Shown in pieces: positions 62,301 to 64,000 of a DNA stretch of 64,000 bases. Position 1 is the stretch's first letter; each line of letters starts with the position of its first letter. Where the stretch lies: positions 682,001 through 746,000 of the forward strand of contig JAQGDQ010002371.1 in the NCBI GenBank assembly GCA_030141605.1, written 5' to 3'. Origin of the DNA: Tubiluchus corallicola. Taxonomy: Eukaryota; Animalia; Priapulida. The notes under the pieces are model-generated. The model was not told where the DNA came from, ran no database searches, and worked only from the letters and a program-made list of their open reading frames with translations. The translations under genes were made by a program, and so were the position numbers.

Positions 62301-63684
62301 ATAATAAAGCAATGAGGTGATTGAAATATTTAACATACGTATGTTCCATTGTACAGTGGATTACCCGCTTGGCATACAATCATAATATCTGTAAAATTTT
62401 TGCTTTCCAAATCTTCAGATATATCAAGCATCATATCACCAAATTTTTTCTCTGTGCCTTCATATGCTTTACCTGTGGCTACATCATCGTCATCACGCAT
62501 TGCTCCTTTTACAATGCTGCTGCACATTACTGCTTCCTCCTAATAAAATAAAATTTAGCAGACACTTCAGTAATTTAAAAACACCGCATTACAAAGAGTG
62601 CCTTATAAGATGGATTTAGCACAAAATGTATGGTGTTTACTAAACAGCCAGTTGCGTGTCTTTAAGTTCACTGTCAAAAATGCCGTGCTAAAGATGAACT
62701 TACAGATGGCGAATATTTGGTAATAACATTCCTGAATTCCAGGAAGGCAGGCACGTAGAGCACAACTTCTGTGTTGTAAGAATCTTCACCGATGTTTTCC
62801 AACATGACTGCAATGAAGAACATGTTGTCTCTTCCAGATATAAATTTTTCTCTGGAATTGAAGTAGGAAAGTGAAAAATAATATGTAATTCTTGAACACT
62901 ATATTCTAAGCTGTTCAGTTGGTCAGTGAACACAAGACTTACAATGTATGTATGAACATTATAAGGAAGTTCCTTGTATTTAGTATGTATTGCCAAATAC
63001 AGAAAATACGTCAATCAAGTACTGTAATAAAAAGGAAATTATGCCACAGTGCTAGAGAAAATTTTAACTAGTAAAAGTATATAGCTCGGCTGTCTAAAAA
63101 AATTATGCCAAATACATCAGACAGAAATATATATAACTCGGTTGTCTTAAGAGCAAATTTACAACTGTCTGACAGTCATTAGAATGCTTGCCTAAAAATA
63201 AACACTACACTGTCTAAAAATATATTACTAAGACTGCATAATAAAATAAGCATAGAAACAAAGGTTTCTTTTTCTGTCAAATGCCAATGTATCTTGTGTT
63301 TTGAGTTATGCTACGACATAGGAAAGGATTACAACGATGGTTTCACCATTTGCTGAAGTAGCCAAGTGCCGTTTTATTAACTAACAGAAACTAAAACAGA
63401 TGATTTGAATTTGTCTATAAACATTTAAATGTTAGTAGCAATGCAACAGTGTTAACGCTGGTTTAGCCTTTTAAAATCCTTCATAGTACATGAGTAATAT
63501 TTCATTAGCATCATAAGGGATAATGCATAGTTTGAAAATTTATAATGCACAGAACACTTCAACAGACAGTAAACAAGTATTAAAATGCATTGAGTAAAAT
63601 TTACTTTTTCAGAATAATGCCACCAGATAGTATCAGATCTGTGGTACAGATCTCATCTTCACCACACTGACGAGCAAATAATAT
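46046..63684 (-). CDS. Integrin alpha subunit, 3' portion (calf-1, calf-2, TM, cytoplasmic tail); the gene continues beyond the window
   Basis: In-frame GT-AG exons 63684-63605 (FARQCGEDEICTTDLIL), 62851-62704 (ENIGEDSYN), 62539-62339 (CQAGNPL), 62025-61850, 61579-61486 (GVSNPEQI), 61149-61042 (IHNDGPS), 60417-60265, 59602-59483 (HCRNTICNRITC), 47325-47218, 46647-46516 (TM: WVYIVIGCGAATLLFSILIAVLWK), 46189-46046 (CGFFTR...GVLL*). A further exon may lie near 63864-63944 but was not resolved. Confidence 0.92.
47417..47497 (+). repeat. (TC)n microsatellite, left flank of the LINE
   Basis: About 40 TC units. Confidence 0.97.
47498..49196 (+). CDS. LINE reverse transcriptase, uninterrupted but lacking the N-terminal endonuclease
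   Basis: NYRPIAL, QFGY, FLDASKAFDRV, GVRQG..MSPILFNLY, FADD, KYLG and LFNSYC..FYG motifs. The listed N-terminus (SL repeats) is read-through of the microsatellite. Confidence 0.92.
49227..49537 (+). repeat. 5' LTR
   Basis: TG...CA ends, 8-bp terminal inverted repeat, TATAAAA at ~49281. Confidence 0.96.
49450..51171 (+). CDS. gag: Gag polyprotein with CCHC zinc knuckle
   Basis: 573-aa ORF; capsid-like YDGE..WESY..QFE...N.W, RQ..EDLRQY, FIDGL; CYNCGGHGHFAKQC. The true start codon is uncertain. Confidence 0.92.
   Translation: MQSAPTKADCSAVFAALDPLAAPRGGLRNTGVEVGDKNSQSVERTSLSACLETASWADSLDSCSASSVNLANLASQPSQVAYLPSSVPRPVSVGHASFQDSGLSRSTDLSNLNFISQEMQNLSTRINNQFSQFSELSNVIAQNQMRNEARLEDLSNVVATLTQAFSQIAPNFSERRGPVGPEPGLTLVREPATVLTCNGNDPERNGSFITTDYAHSQRQNAEPATVPKNPTEPVTRVRFQAQSDNDLSRNDPDISTSRFDSHLSSGTVMEQTNSFLPLQTVYSNSCSSGVANKEFKGLLPYDGETVTWESYRAQFELLKQINLWNNREAGLHLALKLKGKAVGVLETLPPEQRSDYSVLSNALSRRFGCQNRESVYRAHYNSRVRQINEDLRQYAEQLRVLYHRAYPAVDLNSAEHQLTLKFIDGLGDPELAIHVQQSSPTNLSDALASALSIESIRLTAKRTAELSEAAKPHKPMLRAQQPVSDSRSISFRNGKFVCYNCGGHGHFAKQCPSPAVSAQAQPGQSSRKPVTSNFAGPDRKWSHQSPNMQNSSSTNLNQSRRSTARPHHPPRFQ
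51114..55866 (+). CDS. pol: Pol polyprotein (protease, RT, RNase H, integrase), broken by one frameshift near 52788
   Basis: LVDTGA, YLDD, LDTDAS...ELLAV...TDH, H-x6-H...CxxC, IAID...SDQG...AER and GPY motifs. The -1 frame is open from 51114. Frames switch between YLGHIVS and GVQTDPAK. Confidence 0.93.
57341..57651 (+). repeat. 3' LTR
   Basis: Direct repeat of 49227-49537, preceded by the polypurine tract. Confidence 0.96.
57666..59167 (+). mobile_element. Head-to-tail array of non-autonomous Helitron-like units
   Basis: Units 57682-58517 (836 bp) and 58518-59167 (650 bp) each begin TCTCTTATATTAAT and end with hairpin CGCAAAA-TC-TTTTGCG followed by G(G/A)GCCTTTGCTAG; a third 3' end finishes at 57681; the last CTAG is followed by T. 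Confidence 0.78.
59287..59361 (+). repeat. (TC)n microsatellite, right flank of the LINE
   Basis: About 37 TC units with one interruption. Confidence 0.97.
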
Positions 63685-64000
63685 CTGCAAATCATAGACA
63701 CATTTAAAGTTCCAAAAGTGATGGCAAAAATCTATATTATTATACACCAACTTCATAACAAATACTGCAATTCATCAAAACAACGTCATGTGACAAAAAA
63801 TGGCTTAATAAAATGGTATTAATAAAATGTTGCCTATTGTGCAATAAATGGGCAATTTACTCACACACATCGAAAAACTTATCCAACTTGCCAAAGACAG
63901 TCACATTATCATCGAGTTGAGCTTGTTCTTTATTTGATTGCTCTTCATAAACAGCCAGAGAGAAAAAGAGAGAAATAAAAAGGAAAGGAAGAGAAAAGAG

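Overview
AT-rich, intron-containing animal (probably invertebrate) genomic DNA; no prokaryotic features, CRISPR arrays, intact tRNA or rRNA genes were seen. Host genes were reconstructed by hand from GT-AG exons: CBF-beta (+, 6 exons, 2319/2367-13153); a signal peptide-Reeler-DOMON protein with no cytochrome b561 domain (+, 20044-25331); METTL6-like tRNA methyltransferase (-, 26027-29809); CHMP2A/Vps2, present twice in a near-perfect 4888-bp tandem duplication (37625-38296 and 42513-43184); and the 3' part of an integrin alpha gene (-, 46046 to beyond the window end). One 12-kb integrin intron holds a nested stack: a (TC)n microsatellite, split by a 5'-truncated LINE, whose 3' UTR carries a head-to-tail array of Helitron-like units, one of whose terminal hairpins is split by a young full-length Gypsy element. 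Elsewhere there are a pogo-type deletion derivative, hAT-type and Ginger-like MITEs, two 5S-derived SINE-like heads and a degenerate hammerhead-like tandem repeat. I found no clearly new multi-gene system. The best leads are the nested element stack, the CHMP2A duplication, the Gypsy frameshift signal and the Ginger-like MITE. All family assignments come from remembered motifs; no database search was run.
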